From NCBI GenBank assembly GCA_040386235.1, contig JAZKGA010000001.1, positions 1,090,428 to 1,154,427 of the forward strand: a DNA stretch of 64,000 nt, given 5' to 3'. The notes under the pieces were generated by a model. That model did no database searches. It worked only from the letters and a program-made list of their open reading frames with translations, and was not told the DNA's origin. Positions within the stretch are counted from its first letter, which is position 1, and the number at the start of each line of letters is the position of its first letter. The position numbers were made by a program, and so were the translations under genes. Shown piece after piece: positions 7,117-17,502 of the stretch. The stretch comes from Pseudomonadota bacterium (GTDB lineage Bacteria > Pseudomonadota > Alphaproteobacteria > Micavibrionales > Micavibrionaceae).

Positions 7117-7770
7117 ATGCAAAATCCCGATATCGCCTTGGCCCGCCACAGCATGATTAAATGCCAGCTTGAGCCGAACGGCGTGATAAATGCCGCCATA
7201 TTACACGCCTTTGACAGCAGTCCGCGCCACGATTGTGTGCCAGATGCGATGCGCCTTGCCGCTTACGCCGATGCAGACATTAATTTGGGGGAGGGGCGTA
7301 GCCTGGTTGCGCCGATGACCCTGGCCAAACTGTTGCAAGCGGCTATGCCGCGCCTGGAAGACACCGCACTGGTGATCGGCGGCAATACGGGGTACAGCGC
7401 GTTGATCCTGTCACAGCTGGTCGGCAATTTGTACATGCTGGAAGACAATGCGGAATTTCTGGCGCGGGCTGAGGCCTTGTTACAGGCCAATGACACGGCC
7501 GCTGACGTTATCCTGGCCCAGGGGCCATTAAGCGACGGTCTGCCCCGTCATGCGCCGTACAGTTTAATTGTGCTGGATGGCGCGGTGCCTTGCGTGCCGC
7601 AGCACGTGCTGGCCCAGCTGACAGAGTCCGGTCGTTTGGTGGGTGTTGAGGGGCAATCGGCGGTCTTGTACCAAAAAACAGGGGGCGATGCGTATTCACG
7701 CCGCGTTTTATTTGACATCACGACAAAAATATTGCCAGGCGGCTGGAAAGCCGAAAGATTTGCGTTATAG
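7117..7770 (+). CDS. Protein-L-isoaspartate O-methyltransferase-family protein
   Basis: SAM-binding-like 'ALVIGGNTGYSALILSQL', 217 aa. It sits directly upstream of tolC, as is common in Alphaproteobacteria. Confidence 0.65.
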   Translation: MQNPDIALARHSMIKCQLEPNGVINAAILHAFDSSPRHDCVPDAMRLAAYADADINLGEGRSLVAPMTLAKLLQAAMPRLEDTALVIGGNTGYSALILSQLVGNLYMLEDNAEFLARAEALLQANDTAADVILAQGPLSDGLPRHAPYSLIVLDGAVPCVPQHVLAQLTESGRLVGVEGQSAVLYQKTGGDAYSRRVLFDITTKILPGGWKAERFAL

Positions 7771-7780
7771 TCCTCTGAAC

Positions 7781-9214
7781 ATGAAATGGTCCACCTTTCC
7801 CCTTATCGTCCTTACGGGCATCTTGCTGCTGCCTTCACCTGTTCAAGCGAATGAGGCGGTGGCGCAAGCAGAAGCTGTCGCCAAAAAAAGCATTGATGAT
7901 GTAGCGGCCCTGCTGCGGATGGGGAATACGGGCGGGGTCAGTACGACATTGCTGGACACGTTGCAAAAAGCCTATGTCGCAAATCCGGAAATTCAGGCTG
8001 CGGCCAAAAACGTCGCCTCTGTTAAAGAAAACCTGGCGATTGCCGATGCGAATTTCCGCCCGAAATTGGATGGAAACGCCGATGCCACCTATACGCATAT
8101 CGAAAGCGAAGGCGGCGAAGACGACGGGATCGATTTTGACCGGGATGGCAGTAATCTGAGCAAGACCGCAGGTGTCGAAGCCAGCCAAGCGCTGTATCGC
8201 GGGGGACGCAGCCTGGCTGAGCAGAAGCAGGCGAAATTCGAGATTGCCGCCGCTGTGGCTGAACAAAAACAAACGATTCAGACCGTCTTGGCACAGGCCG
8301 TTTCTGTCCATGTCGATGCGATCCGCCAAAATGCCGTTCTGGTTCTGACGCAACAAAATGTTGCGCGTCTGGCAAAACAGCTGGACGTGGCAAAACTGCG
8401 ATTTGATGTGGGTGAATTAACCCGCACCGACGTGGCGCAAGCCGAGGCGCGTTACAGTGCCGCAGTTGCCGAACAAACGCGGGCGCAGGCCGATTTACGC
8501 ACAGCGCAAGGCAATTACCGCCGCGTGGTGGGGCAGGAGCCGGTGAATTTAAGCTTCCCCGCGCCATACGCTGGCCTGCCATCGGGATTTGCCGAAGCAC
8601 AAGGCATCATGCGGGAATACCATCCGGCGTTACAGCAAGCGTATTTCAGGACCAATGCCGCTGCCTATCAGGTCAGGCGCGTGGTCGGTGCAACCCTGCC
8701 GACAATCGGTGTGCAGGCGGGCATGAACCGTACCTACGATCCTGTATCCAGCAACAGCGATCATGAAACCGTATCAACGGCGGCGCTTGTTGCCTCAATT
8801 CCCCTTTATGCCGGTGGTGCGAACATTGCCCGCATTCGTCAGTCAAAGGCCGATGCGGCGCGCCTGCAACAAAACGAACGCGCGACGTTGGATCGCCTGG
8901 ATAACGACCTGCGCACAGCGTGGGAATCATACAGTGCAACGCGGTCGCAAATGGCCGCACGTGAAAGCCAGCTGGCCGCGGCATCGTTGGCCCGGACCAG
9001 TATTGAGCTGGAAAACCAGGTTGGCCAACGCACAGTCATTGATGTACTGGATGCCGAACAGGATTATTTGCAGGCGCAGATCGATCTGGTGACGACACAA
9101 CGCGACAGCGTGGTGAACAGCTATGACCTGGCCGCCGCCATCGGTATCATGCATCCGGTCACGCTGGGGGTTGCGCCAGACTTTCCCGAAGCCGGCAAAA
9201 TTATTCGCAATTGA
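7781..9214 (+). CDS. tolC: TolC-family outer membrane efflux protein
   Basis: Signal peptide 'MKWSTFPLIVLTGILLLPSPVQANE' and duplicated coiled-coil/beta architecture ('LYRGGRSLAE', 'PLYAGGANIAR', 'TVIDVLDAEQDYLQAQIDLV'). I use the internal ATG at 7781, because the track start at 7643 overlaps the upstream gene. Confidence 0.85.
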   Translation: MKWSTFPLIVLTGILLLPSPVQANEAVAQAEAVAKKSIDDVAALLRMGNTGGVSTTLLDTLQKAYVANPEIQAAAKNVASVKENLAIADANFRPKLDGNADATYTHIESEGGEDDGIDFDRDGSNLSKTAGVEASQALYRGGRSLAEQKQAKFEIAAAVAEQKQTIQTVLAQAVSVHVDAIRQNAVLVLTQQNVARLAKQLDVAKLRFDVGELTRTDVAQAEARYSAAVAEQTRAQADLRTAQGNYRRVVGQEPVNLSFPAPYAGLPSGFAEAQGIMREYHPALQQAYFRTNAAAYQVRRVVGATLPTIGVQAGMNRTYDPVSSNSDHETVSTAALVASIPLYAGGANIARIRQSKADAARLQQNERATLDRLDNDLRTAWESYSATRSQMAARESQLAAASLARTSIELENQVGQRTVIDVLDAEQDYLQAQIDLVTTQRDSVVNSYDLAAAIGIMHPVTLGVAPDFPEAGKIIRN

Positions 9215-9324
9215 TCACGCACAGATTTTATCGGTATGTGACGAATGCGGCTTTGACAATACTGCAACTCTGGGTCAAAGTAAGACCAGACAAACCCATA
9301 TATATGATGATGCGTACGTAAAGC

Positions 9325-9999
9325 ATGGCCAAAGACACTGACGCACAGCAAGACCCGTCGATCGAAGAAATCCTGGCCTCGATCCGCCAGATTATCTCTG
9401 ATGACGAAACTGCGCCCGAAACGACCTCCGCACCTGAAAATGTTCTGGATGCGGACGCGAACGCGAATGATGACGCGGATGCGGCTGCGCACGACGCTGT
9501 TCTGGACCTGACCGAAGATATGCAGGCCGATACGACCTTTGCCGATGCGCTGAACGCCATAAATGATGACGAAACACCCGCTGAATCTGGCGCGATGCAG
9601 GACTATGACGTGTCTTTCCGCGATGATGATACTGCTGCGCCGGCCACTGCGGCTGCTGTTGGCGGAACCGCAGATGATATAGATGCCTTTCTGGCTGACA
9701 TGAAAAAACAAGAAGGACACGCCATGACCAATAGTGTTGAAGAAGCTGCTGACCCGTCATCTGCCCTGTTCGATGCGACGGCGGCCAATGCCACGCGCGA
9801 TGCGTTCGTCCGCCTGACTGAAAACGTCGCCCTGTCGCGCCGTCCGGTCGATGATGGTGCATTGACATTGGAAGATGTCGTGAAAGATTTACTGCGTCCC
9901 ATGCTGCGTCAATGGATCAACGAAAACGTGCCTGCGATTGTTGAGGCATTGGTGGAAAAGGAACTGGACAAATTGTCCCGCCGTGCTGTGGCCGAATAG
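9325..9999 (+). CDS. popZ: PopZ-like pole-organising protein (DUF2497)
   Basis: The N-terminal 'DPSIEEILASIRQIISDDE' is nearly identical in pattern to Caulobacter PopZ ('EPTMEEILASIRRIISEDD'). It has an acidic, Ala/Asp-rich middle and a conserved C-terminus 'LEDVVKDLLRPMLRQWINENVPAIVEALVEKEL'. It is adjacent to valS. Confidence 0.8.
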   Translation: MAKDTDAQQDPSIEEILASIRQIISDDETAPETTSAPENVLDADANANDDADAAAHDAVLDLTEDMQADTTFADALNAINDDETPAESGAMQDYDVSFRDDDTAAPATAAAVGGTADDIDAFLADMKKQEGHAMTNSVEEAADPSSALFDATAANATRDAFVRLTENVALSRRPVDDGALTLEDVVKDLLRPMLRQWINENVPAIVEALVEKELDKLSRRAVAE

Positions 10000-10068
10000 G
10001 TCCAGACATCTTTTCCCACACCGCCTATTTTTCTCCGGATAACACCAACAGACCACAAGGATCGTACG

Positions 10069-12723
10069 ATGCTTGATAAAACCTTTGAACATAACGCTAT
10101 TGAACAATCGCATTACGCCTTGTGGGAACAGACAGGCGCGTTTCGCGCACATGCCGACAGCGTTAAAACGCCGCACACGATTATGATGCCACCCCCGAAT
10201 GTGACGGGCACCTTGCATATCGGCCATGCCTTGACCAACACGTTGCAGGACATTCTGACCCGCTATCATCGTATGGCTGGCCGTGACGCGCTGTGGCTGC
10301 CTGGCACCGACCACGCCGGTATTGCGACGCAGATGGTTGTCGAACGCCAGCTGGATGCCAAGGGGTTGAAACGCCGTGATATGGGCCGGACGGCGTTCCT
10401 GGACAAAGTCTGGGAATGGAAGGCGGAATCAGGCGGGACGATTATTCGCCAGCTGCGCCGCCTGGGCTGTACCCCCGATTGGACCCGCGAACGCTTCACG
10501 ATGGATGAGGGGTTGAGCAAGGCTGTGCGTCATGCCTTCGTACAGATGCACCGTGACGGCCTTATTTACCGGGACAAACGCCTGGTTAACTGGGACCCCA
10601 AACTGCACACCGCGCTGTCGGATATCGAAGTGGTGCAAAAAGAGAATAAGGGCCACATGTGGCACATCCGCTATCCGATTGAGGGGCAGGAAGAACGCTT
10701 TATCACGATTGCCACCACGCGTCCGGAAACGATGCTGGGGGATACGGCGATTGTCGTGAACCCGGATGATGAACGGTACCAGGATTTGGTCGGCAAGTTT
10801 GCCGTCCTGCCGATTGTGGATCGTCTTATCCCGATTATCGCCGACAGTTATGTGGATAAGGAATTCGGGTCCGGCGCGATGAAGGTCACACCCGCACACG
10901 ATTTTAACGACTTTGAACTGGGTAAGCGTCATGGGTTAGAGGTCATTAATATCTTTGATCTCAATGCCCATATTAACGACAACGCCCCGGCGGAATATCG
11001 CGGCCTTGACCGGTATGCAGCGCGTAAGAAAGTGTTGCATGAGCTTGAGGCGCAAGACCTTTTGGCCAGCGTCGAAGACGTCACGAATACCTTGCCGTTC
11101 GGTGACCGGTCCGATGTGGTGATTGAACCGTATCTGATGGATCAGTGGTATTGCGATGCGCCCAAGCTGGCGGTCGAAGCCATCAAAGCCGTGGAAGATG
11201 GCCGCACCGAATTCGTGCCCAAGAACTGGGAAAACACGTATTTTGAATGGATGCGGAATATCCAGCCATGGTGTATCAGTCGCCAGTTATGGTGGGGGCA
11301 TCAAATCCCCGCGTGGTTTGGCCCAGAAGGCAGCATCTTTGTTGCCGAAACGGAAGAGGAAGCCTACACCCAGGCCCGCGCGCAATTCGGTCAGGCCGTA
11401 AAGCTGACGCAAGACGACGATGTGCTGGATACCTGGTTTTCATCGGGGCTGTGGCCATTTTCAACGCTTGGCTGGCCAGACAAAACGCCTGAACTGGCGC
11501 GGTACTATCCGGGTGATGTGCTGATTACCGGCTTTGATATCATTTTCTTTTGGGTTGCCCGGATGATGATGATGGGTCTGTACTTTATGAAAGAGGTCCC
11601 GTTCCGCAAAGTCTATCTGCACGCGCTGGTCCGCGATGCAAAGGGACAGAAAATGTCCAAATCCAAGGGCAATGTGATTGACCCGTTGGATATCGTTGAG
11701 AAATACGGGGCGGATGCCCTGCGTTTCACGATCACAGCAATGGCGGCCCAGGGGCGCGACATTCGCATGTCCGAGGACCGGATCGAAGGCTATCGCAACT
11801 TTGCGACAAAACTTTGGAATGCGGCACGGTATTGCCAGATGAATGGATGCCTGCCACGCGGCGATGTTGATCCATATGCGGCGAAGCATACGCTGAACCG
11901 CTGGATCGTCGGCGCGGTGGCGCAGGCGCAGCGTGATATGGCGACGGCGTTTGAAACATTCCGGTTTAACGAGGCCGCGAATATCGCCTATCAATTTACC
12001 TGGGGCACATTCTGCGACTGGTATCTGGAATTCACGAAGCCGTTATTGACGGGTGAGGGGACCGACCCTGCCCTGAAACAGGAAACGCGCGACATTACCG
12101 GCTGGGTGCTGGATCAAATCCTGTTGATGCTGAATCCTATTATGCCATTTATTACTGAGGAGTTGTACGAATCCCTGGCACCGCGTGATGCTAAACGCCT
12201 GTTGACCAGCCAGTGGCCACGTTTTGATGCCAAAACAGTGGACCAGGCAGCGGAAAAGGATGTTGAGCAACTGATTAAAGTCATTACGGCCATTCGATCA
12301 GTCCGGGCCGATATGAACGTGCCAGCAGGGGCGCAGATACCGTTATGTATCAGCACCTCGCAAAGTGATGCCGCCGATTGGCTGGACCGCTATCACGATA
12401 TCCTAAACCGGATGGCGCGCCTGGAGTCGAGCGTACTGGCGCCAGCAGCGCCAAAAGGCGCGGTGCAGACGATTGTGGCAGGGATGACACTGGCCATACC
12501 GGTTGCGGCCTATATCGATTTGGATAAGGAGCGTGAGCGCCTGCGTAAGGAAATCGGCAAACTGTCAGATAATCTGACGCGGATTGAGGATAAGCTGAAG
12601 AACGATAACTTCGTTCAAAATGCCCCAGCCGAGATTCTGGCAGAACAAAAATCCCGCCAGGCGGAAATGACGACGCTGATCGCCAAATTCACCCAGGCCC
12701 TGGATCAACTGGAAGCCGCGTAA
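10069..12723 (+). CDS. valS: Valine--tRNA ligase
   Basis: 884 aa with a HIGH-type motif 'PPPNVTGTLHIGHA', the KMSKS motif 'QKMSKSKGN' and a C-terminal coiled coil. Confidence 0.97.
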   Translation: MLDKTFEHNAIEQSHYALWEQTGAFRAHADSVKTPHTIMMPPPNVTGTLHIGHALTNTLQDILTRYHRMAGRDALWLPGTDHAGIATQMVVERQLDAKGLKRRDMGRTAFLDKVWEWKAESGGTIIRQLRRLGCTPDWTRERFTMDEGLSKAVRHAFVQMHRDGLIYRDKRLVNWDPKLHTALSDIEVVQKENKGHMWHIRYPIEGQEERFITIATTRPETMLGDTAIVVNPDDERYQDLVGKFAVLPIVDRLIPIIADSYVDKEFGSGAMKVTPAHDFNDFELGKRHGLEVINIFDLNAHINDNAPAEYRGLDRYAARKKVLHELEAQDLLASVEDVTNTLPFGDRSDVVIEPYLMDQWYCDAPKLAVEAIKAVEDGRTEFVPKNWENTYFEWMRNIQPWCISRQLWWGHQIPAWFGPEGSIFVAETEEEAYTQARAQFGQAVKLTQDDDVLDTWFSSGLWPFSTLGWPDKTPELARYYPGDVLITGFDIIFFWVARMMMMGLYFMKEVPFRKVYLHALVRDAKGQKMSKSKGNVIDPLDIVEKYGADALRFTITAMAAQGRDIRMSEDRIEGYRNFATKLWNAARYCQMNGCLPRGDVDPYAAKHTLNRWIVGAVAQAQRDMATAFETFRFNEAANIAYQFTWGTFCDWYLEFTKPLLTGEGTDPALKQETRDITGWVLDQILLMLNPIMPFITEELYESLAPRDAKRLLTSQWPRFDAKTVDQAAEKDVEQLIKVITAIRSVRADMNVPAGAQIPLCISTSQSDAADWLDRYHDILNRMARLESSVLAPAAPKGAVQTIVAGMTLAIPVAAYIDLDKERERLRKEIGKLSDNLTRIEDKLKNDNFVQNAPAEILAEQKSRQAEMTTLIAKFTQALDQLEAA

Positions 12724-12728
12724 GACAA

Positions 12729-12758
12729 GAAAAAACCGGCTGAAAAGCCGGTTTCTTT
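12729..12758. terminator. Bidirectional intrinsic terminator between valS and rpmE
   Basis: An A-run, then CCGGCT-GAAA-AGCCGG (12736-12751), then a T-rich run. It sits between convergent genes. Confidence 0.8.
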
Positions 12759-12774
12759 AGGTCCAAAAGTCAGA

Positions 12775-13026
12775 CTAAGCGGATTTCTGCTCGTCGTCTG
12801 ATGATTTTGTGCCCATGAAGTTACCGTATTTGGATTCGAACTTCTTGATTTTTTCTTTTTGCACGATCTGGACTTCGCCACCGCGCCAAGCTGGGTGCGA
12901 CAGGCTGTCAACGTCCAGGCGCATAACATCGCCTTGTTTGCCCCATGTGGTGCGGGCTTGGAATTCCGTGCCGTCCGTTTGAACGATCGTCACGAAATGG
13001 TAATCTGGGTGGCCTTCTGCTTTCAT
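12775..13026 (-). CDS. rpmE: 50S ribosomal protein L31
   Basis: 'MKAEGHPDYHFVTIVQTDGTEF...SHPAWRGG' is a typical L31 N-terminus. Confidence 0.9.
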   Translation of the reverse strand: MKAEGHPDYHFVTIVQTDGTEFQARTTWGKQGDVMRLDVDSLSHPAWRGGEVQIVQKEKIKKFESKYGNFMGTKSSDDEQKSA

Positions 13027-13103
13027 GGCATTCTTCCTTCTAAAAATCTAAGACCCGCATATAACAGGCATGGGGGAACAATTGCAAGTGGTTTTTATCG
13101 CCT

Positions 13104-14159
13104 TTATCCGGCTATTGTGCGACCTGAGGATCCCAGATCGGCAAATGCCTCACCCATCCGGTCCACAATTCCCTTTTCCCCGGCGCGCAGCCATTGGCGT
13201 GGGTCATATTGCTTCTTATATGGCGTGTGCGTATCAGGATCGATTTGACACTGAAACGCCCGGGCATTTTCGGCCACATAGGCCCCGACAGGTGCAGAAA
13301 AAGCAAATTGCGTATCGGTGTCGATATTCATTTTGAAAACACCATAGCGTAAAGATTCGGCAATATGCGCCTTATCAGACCCCGATCCGCCATGGAAAAC
13401 CAGATCCAGCGGATTGGCCACTGTGCCACGCTGTGCCGCAATCAGGCTTTGCGTGTTTTTCAGGATATCAGGGCGCAGTTTAACATTCCCCGGCGCATAC
13501 ACGCCATGCACATTCCCAAACGACGCAGCGACCGAGAAATGGCCGATAGATGCCAATTGGTCATAGGCACACAAAACGTCTTCGGGTTGGGTGTACAGGC
13601 GGGCATTGTCAATATCATCCGATCCCACGCCGTCTTCTTCGCCGCCGGTGACGCCCAATTCAATCTCAAGGCTCATGTCAATCGCAGCCAGGCGTTTCAG
13701 GAACGGCAGGCACGTCGCCACGTTCTCTTCCAGGCTTTCTTCCGACAGGTCGATCATATGTGAGGAGAAGAGGGGGCGCCCCGTCGTGCGATACAAATTC
13801 TCGCTGTATTGGACCAGTGCATCGACCCAGGGCAGCAATTTGCGGTTGGCATGATCTGTGTGCAGGACAACGCATACGCCGTAAATCTGGGCCATCATAT
13901 GCACATGGCTGGCTGCGGAAATGGCCCCCAGAACCTTGGCTTGATGCGCGTCAGGGCAGCCCTTGCCGGCATAAAACTCGGCCCCGCCATTCGACAACTG
14001 GATAATCACGTCGGATTTATGCTTGGCCGCGGCCTCTAACACCGCATTGATCGAATTGGTACCGACCACATTCACGGCAGGCAGGGCATATTGCCCTGCC
14101 TTACACGCGTTGATCAGCGCCCGGTAGTCTTTACCTGTTACAACACCCGGTTTTATCAT
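13104..14159 (-). CDS. fbaA: Fructose-bisphosphate aldolase, class II (FbaA type)
   Basis: 'KPGVVTGKDYRALINACKAGQYALPAVNVVGTNSINAVLEAAAKHKSDVIIQLSNGGAEFYAGKG' is collinear with E. coli FbaA. The ATG at 14159 forms an ATGA overlap with the gap stop. Confidence 0.92.
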   Translation of the reverse strand: MIKPGVVTGKDYRALINACKAGQYALPAVNVVGTNSINAVLEAAAKHKSDVIIQLSNGGAEFYAGKGCPDAHQAKVLGAISAASHVHMMAQIYGVCVVLHTDHANRKLLPWVDALVQYSENLYRTTGRPLFSSHMIDLSEESLEENVATCLPFLKRLAAIDMSLEIELGVTGGEEDGVGSDDIDNARLYTQPEDVLCAYDQLASIGHFSVAASFGNVHGVYAPGNVKLRPDILKNTQSLIAAQRGTVANPLDLVFHGGSGSDKAHIAESLRYGVFKMNIDTDTQFAFSAPVGAYVAENARAFQCQIDPDTHTPYKKQYDPRQWLRAGEKGIVDRMGEAFADLGSSGRTIAG

Positions 14160-15169
14160 GATGCGTATCCTGATTTGTGCATTACTGACGCCGTGTCCAG
14201 CATGCGGTTCGAGAATCCCCATTCATTGTCATACCACGTCATAACCCGGACCAGCGTTCCGTCGATGACCTTGGTTTCATTCAGGGCGAAGATCGACGAA
14301 TGCGGATCGTGGTTAAAATCGGTGGAGACCAGCGGCGCGCGGTAACAATCCAGAATGCCTTTTAACTTGCCCTTTGCCGCGGTTTCAATCGCCTGGGTAA
14401 TCTCGTCAACCGTGGTGGCGCGGGTTGCCACAAAATTGAAATCGACCAGCGACACATTCGGGGTCGGCACGCGAATGGCAACGCCGTCCAGCTTGCCTTT
14501 CAGGTCCGGCAGGACCTTACCCACGGCCTTTGCCGCACCCGTTGATGTCGGGATCATATTCAGGGCAGCAGCGCGGGCGCGGTGCAGATCGCTGTGCATG
14601 GTATCCACGATCCGTTGATCGCCGGTGTAGCTGTGAATCGTGGTCATGAATCCATGTACAATCCCGATTGATTGGTGCAGGACATGCGCGACCGGGGCCA
14701 GGCAATTGGTGGTGCAGGACGCGTTCGACACAACCGTGTGTTCACGTTTTACCTGATCCGAATTCACACCGTAAACAACTGTGATATCTTCGTCCGTTGC
14801 GGGGGCTGAAATCAGAACTTTCTTCGCGCCGCCGACAAAATGCTTCGCCGCATCGGCCTTGCTGGTGAAACGTCCGGAACATTCGAACACGATATCAACA
14901 CCATAATCCGCCCATTTAATCTGGCTGGGGTCGGCCAACGCGGTACAGGCGATTGTGTCATCGCCAATACGTAAGGTGGTGCCGTCTGCGGTCGCCTTAA
15001 AGGGGAAGCGGCCATGTACGGAGTCGTAAGTCAGCAGATGCGCGTGCGTATCCACATCCGCCAGGTCATTGATGGCGACGACTTTCATATCTGTGCGGCC
15101 AGATTCATAAAGCGCACGAAGAACCAGGCGGCCAATCCGGCCAAATCCATTAATGCCTATTTTTAACAT
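14156..15169 (-). CDS. gap: Glyceraldehyde-3-phosphate dehydrogenase
   Basis: 'KIGINGFGRIGR', the active site 'SNASCTTNCLAP' and 'WYDNEWGFSNR'. Confidence 0.96.
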   Translation of the reverse strand: MLKIGINGFGRIGRLVLRALYESGRTDMKVVAINDLADVDTHAHLLTYDSVHGRFPFKATADGTTLRIGDDTIACTALADPSQIKWADYGVDIVFECSGRFTSKADAAKHFVGGAKKVLISAPATDEDITVVYGVNSDQVKREHTVVSNASCTTNCLAPVAHVLHQSIGIVHGFMTTIHSYTGDQRIVDTMHSDLHRARAAALNMIPTSTGAAKAVGKVLPDLKGKLDGVAIRVPTPNVSLVDFNFVATRATTVDEITQAIETAAKGKLKGILDCYRAPLVSTDFNHDPHSSIFALNETKVIDGTLVRVMTWYDNEWGFSNRMLDTASVMHKSGYAS

Positions 15170-17121
15170 GTACTCTCCTTTTGCTTTTGCAAGCGCTGTA
15201 AAACCTGGTCAACCAGTGCGTCGGCGGTAATGCCGAAATGGTCGTAAAGCTCTTCAGCCGGGGCGGACTCGCCGAACCCTGTCATGCCGATAAACACGCC
15301 ATGCGGGCCGATCAGCGCGTCCCAGCTTTGACGAATGCCAGCCTCAATGGCTACCTTTAGCGATTGATTGCACGCCAGGGCCCCAACGGCTTCTTTATTT
15401 TCCAGCAAGCGGTCCAGGCATGGCACCGACACAACGCGGACAGCAATGCCTTTGTTGCGCAATTTTGCCGCCCCATTCATCGCAATCGCGACTTCGGACC
15501 CAGTGGCGAAAATGGTGACTTTTCGGTCAGCCGTATCGTCCCAGTCGGACAGGATATAGCCACCTTGGGCCGTTTTGTTTTCCACCGTAGCATCACTGCG
15601 CAAAGTTGGCAGGTTCTGACGGCTTAAGGCCATCACCACAGGTGTTTTAGGCGTGGCAATTGCCAGTTGCCAGCATTCCGCCGTTTCAACGCCGTCACAG
15701 GGGCGATAAACGTGTAAATTCGGAATGGCGCGCAGGGCGGACAAATGTTCAACTGGCTGATGTGTCGGCCCGTCTTCGCCCAACCCGATCGAGTCATGAG
15801 TCATGACGTGAATAACGCGTAACTGCATCAAGGCCGCCAGCCGCAGGGACGGGCGGCAATAATCGGCAAAGCACAAAAACGTGCCGCCATAGGGAATAAT
15901 GCCACCATGTAGAGCCAGGCCGTTCATTGCGGCGGCCATGCCATGTTCGCGCACGCCATAATGGATGTATTGGCCGTTATACGCCGTGTCCGCAGAAATC
16001 ACTGCCGGGCCTTTGATCTTGGTATTGTTTGATCCGGTCAAATCCGCCGATCCGCCGATCAATGCAGGCAGCGCGGGGATCAGGCTTTCCAGCACGCGGC
16101 CAGAACTGGCGCGGGTAGCCATGTTGGGGCTGTCGCTGACAAAGTCCTGCTTCACCTTCACGATCACGTCAGTGATATCGGAGGCGTTATTTATGTCGCC
16201 TGTCCAGGAGCGGGCCTCAGCATCATGGCGGGCGCCAGCGTGCCGCCAGGCAGCCAAAATATCATCCGGAATAACAAAAGCACCATGCGGCCATCCCAGG
16301 GCCTGACGCGCACCAATAATTTCCTCAGCCCCCAAAGGTGAGCCATGGGACGACGATGTGCCCGCCTTGGTTGGTGCGCCAAATCCGATCGTGGTTTTGC
16401 AGGCGATCAATGTGGGGCGGTCTGAATCCTGCGCGGCTGTTAAGGCGGCGCGAATACTGTTCATATCGTGACCGTCGGCCTGCAATGTGTGCCAGCCATA
16501 GGCGCGATAGCGGGCAGGTACATCTTCGGTAAAGGACAGATGTGTCGGCCCGTCAATGGAAATGCCGTTATCGTCCCATAACACAATCAGGTTCTTCAGG
16601 CGCAAATGACCGGCCAGCGCACCGGATTCATGGCTGACACCTTCCTGAAGATCGCCATCAGAGGCAATAACGTATGTCTTGTGATCCAGGATGGCGTCAC
16701 CAAAGCGCGCATTCTGAATGCGTTCCGCTAGGGCAAAGCCAGTGGCGGTGGCAATCCCCTGACCCAGCGGGCCGGTCGTCATTTCAATGCCCGCCTGGGG
16801 GGCATATTCGGGATGGCCCGCGGTCAATGCGCCACGCTGGCGGAAATTCTTGATCTGGTCCAAAGACATGGCCTTATAGCCAGTCAGATACGACAAGGCA
16901 TACAGCAGCATCGACCCATGCCCGGCCGACAGGATGAAACGGTCACGATTGGGCCAATCGGGGCGTGCGGGTGAAAACCGCAGGAATTCAGTGAACAGGA
17001 CGGTCGCGACATCGGCCATGCCCATCGGCATGCCTGGATGACCGCTATTGGCCTTTTGTACGGCGTCCATGGCCAGGGCACGAATGGCGTTCGCCATGTC
17101 TTTAAGCGGTGTCTGCTGCAT
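15163..17121 (-). CDS. tkt: Transketolase
   Basis: 'ANSGHPGMPMGMADV', 'GDGDLQEGVSHE'-like 'SDGDLQEGVSHE' and 'THDSIGLGEDGPTHQP'. I take the internal ATG at 17121, giving the N-terminus 'MQQTPLKDMANAIRAL'. Confidence 0.95.
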   Translation of the reverse strand: MQQTPLKDMANAIRALAMDAVQKANSGHPGMPMGMADVATVLFTEFLRFSPARPDWPNRDRFILSAGHGSMLLYALSYLTGYKAMSLDQIKNFRQRGALTAGHPEYAPQAGIEMTTGPLGQGIATATGFALAERIQNARFGDAILDHKTYVIASDGDLQEGVSHESGALAGHLRLKNLIVLWDDNGISIDGPTHLSFTEDVPARYRAYGWHTLQADGHDMNSIRAALTAAQDSDRPTLIACKTTIGFGAPTKAGTSSSHGSPLGAEEIIGARQALGWPHGAFVIPDDILAAWRHAGARHDAEARSWTGDINNASDITDVIVKVKQDFVSDSPNMATRASSGRVLESLIPALPALIGGSADLTGSNNTKIKGPAVISADTAYNGQYIHYGVREHGMAAAMNGLALHGGIIPYGGTFLCFADYCRPSLRLAALMQLRVIHVMTHDSIGLGEDGPTHQPVEHLSALRAIPNLHVYRPCDGVETAECWQLAIATPKTPVVMALSRQNLPTLRSDATVENKTAQGGYILSDWDDTADRKVTIFATGSEVAIAMNGAAKLRNKGIAVRVVSVPCLDRLLENKEAVGALACNQSLKVAIEAGIRQSWDALIGPHGVFIGMTGFGESAPAEELYDHFGITADALVDQVLQRLQKQKESTC

Positions 17122-17234
17122 ATAGTCAAGGATACTGTGTTCGTTTACCAGGTCAAGTGCCTGTAAGGTCAGGGTTGATAACTTTGCAAAAAGGATTGAC
17201 GCCTGTTTGCCGGGTTTGTTACCCCTTAATAACA

Positions 17235-17501
17235 ATGAATGGTAAGACGATCCTTGAAACGCTGAAGCGACTGGACGAGACTTTGTCCGTCATGGAAAAA
17301 TCGATGGTTAGCCTTGAAAAGCTGGCCTTCGCCCAGCAACGCGATCTGTTCGGGGGCTGGATTTCCGGCGATACACCCGCGCATATACAAGATGCATCAG
17401 ATGATGCGACCGTCACATCCGCTGCTGATACTGCCTTGTTAAACATCAAACTGGATGCGGCAATTGGTCGTATCCAACAGATTTTGCATGAGGCAGCATA
17501 A
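17235..17501 (+). CDS. Small coiled-coil protein (DUF4164-like), upstream partner of zapA
   Basis: 88 aa from the internal ATG at 17235. It is predicted coiled coil, and its stop is adjacent to the zapA start. Confidence 0.55.
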   Translation: MNGKTILETLKRLDETLSVMEKSMVSLEKLAFAQQRDLFGGWISGDTPAHIQDASDDATVTSAADTALLNIKLDAAIGRIQQILHEAA

Positions 17502-17502
17502 G

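Noticed and set aside
6754-7199. ORFs 6754..7026 (+) and 6855..7199 (-) between the hypermodification-like gene and the pcm-like gene
   Set aside because: Both run straight through the tRNA-Asn and/or tRNA-Cys genes. They are open frames created by structured RNA genes, with no SD or protein-like features.
7643-7780. Track start of TolC at 7643
   Set aside because: It overlaps the end of the pcm-like gene by 128 nt. The ATG at 7781 is immediately followed by a textbook signal peptide.
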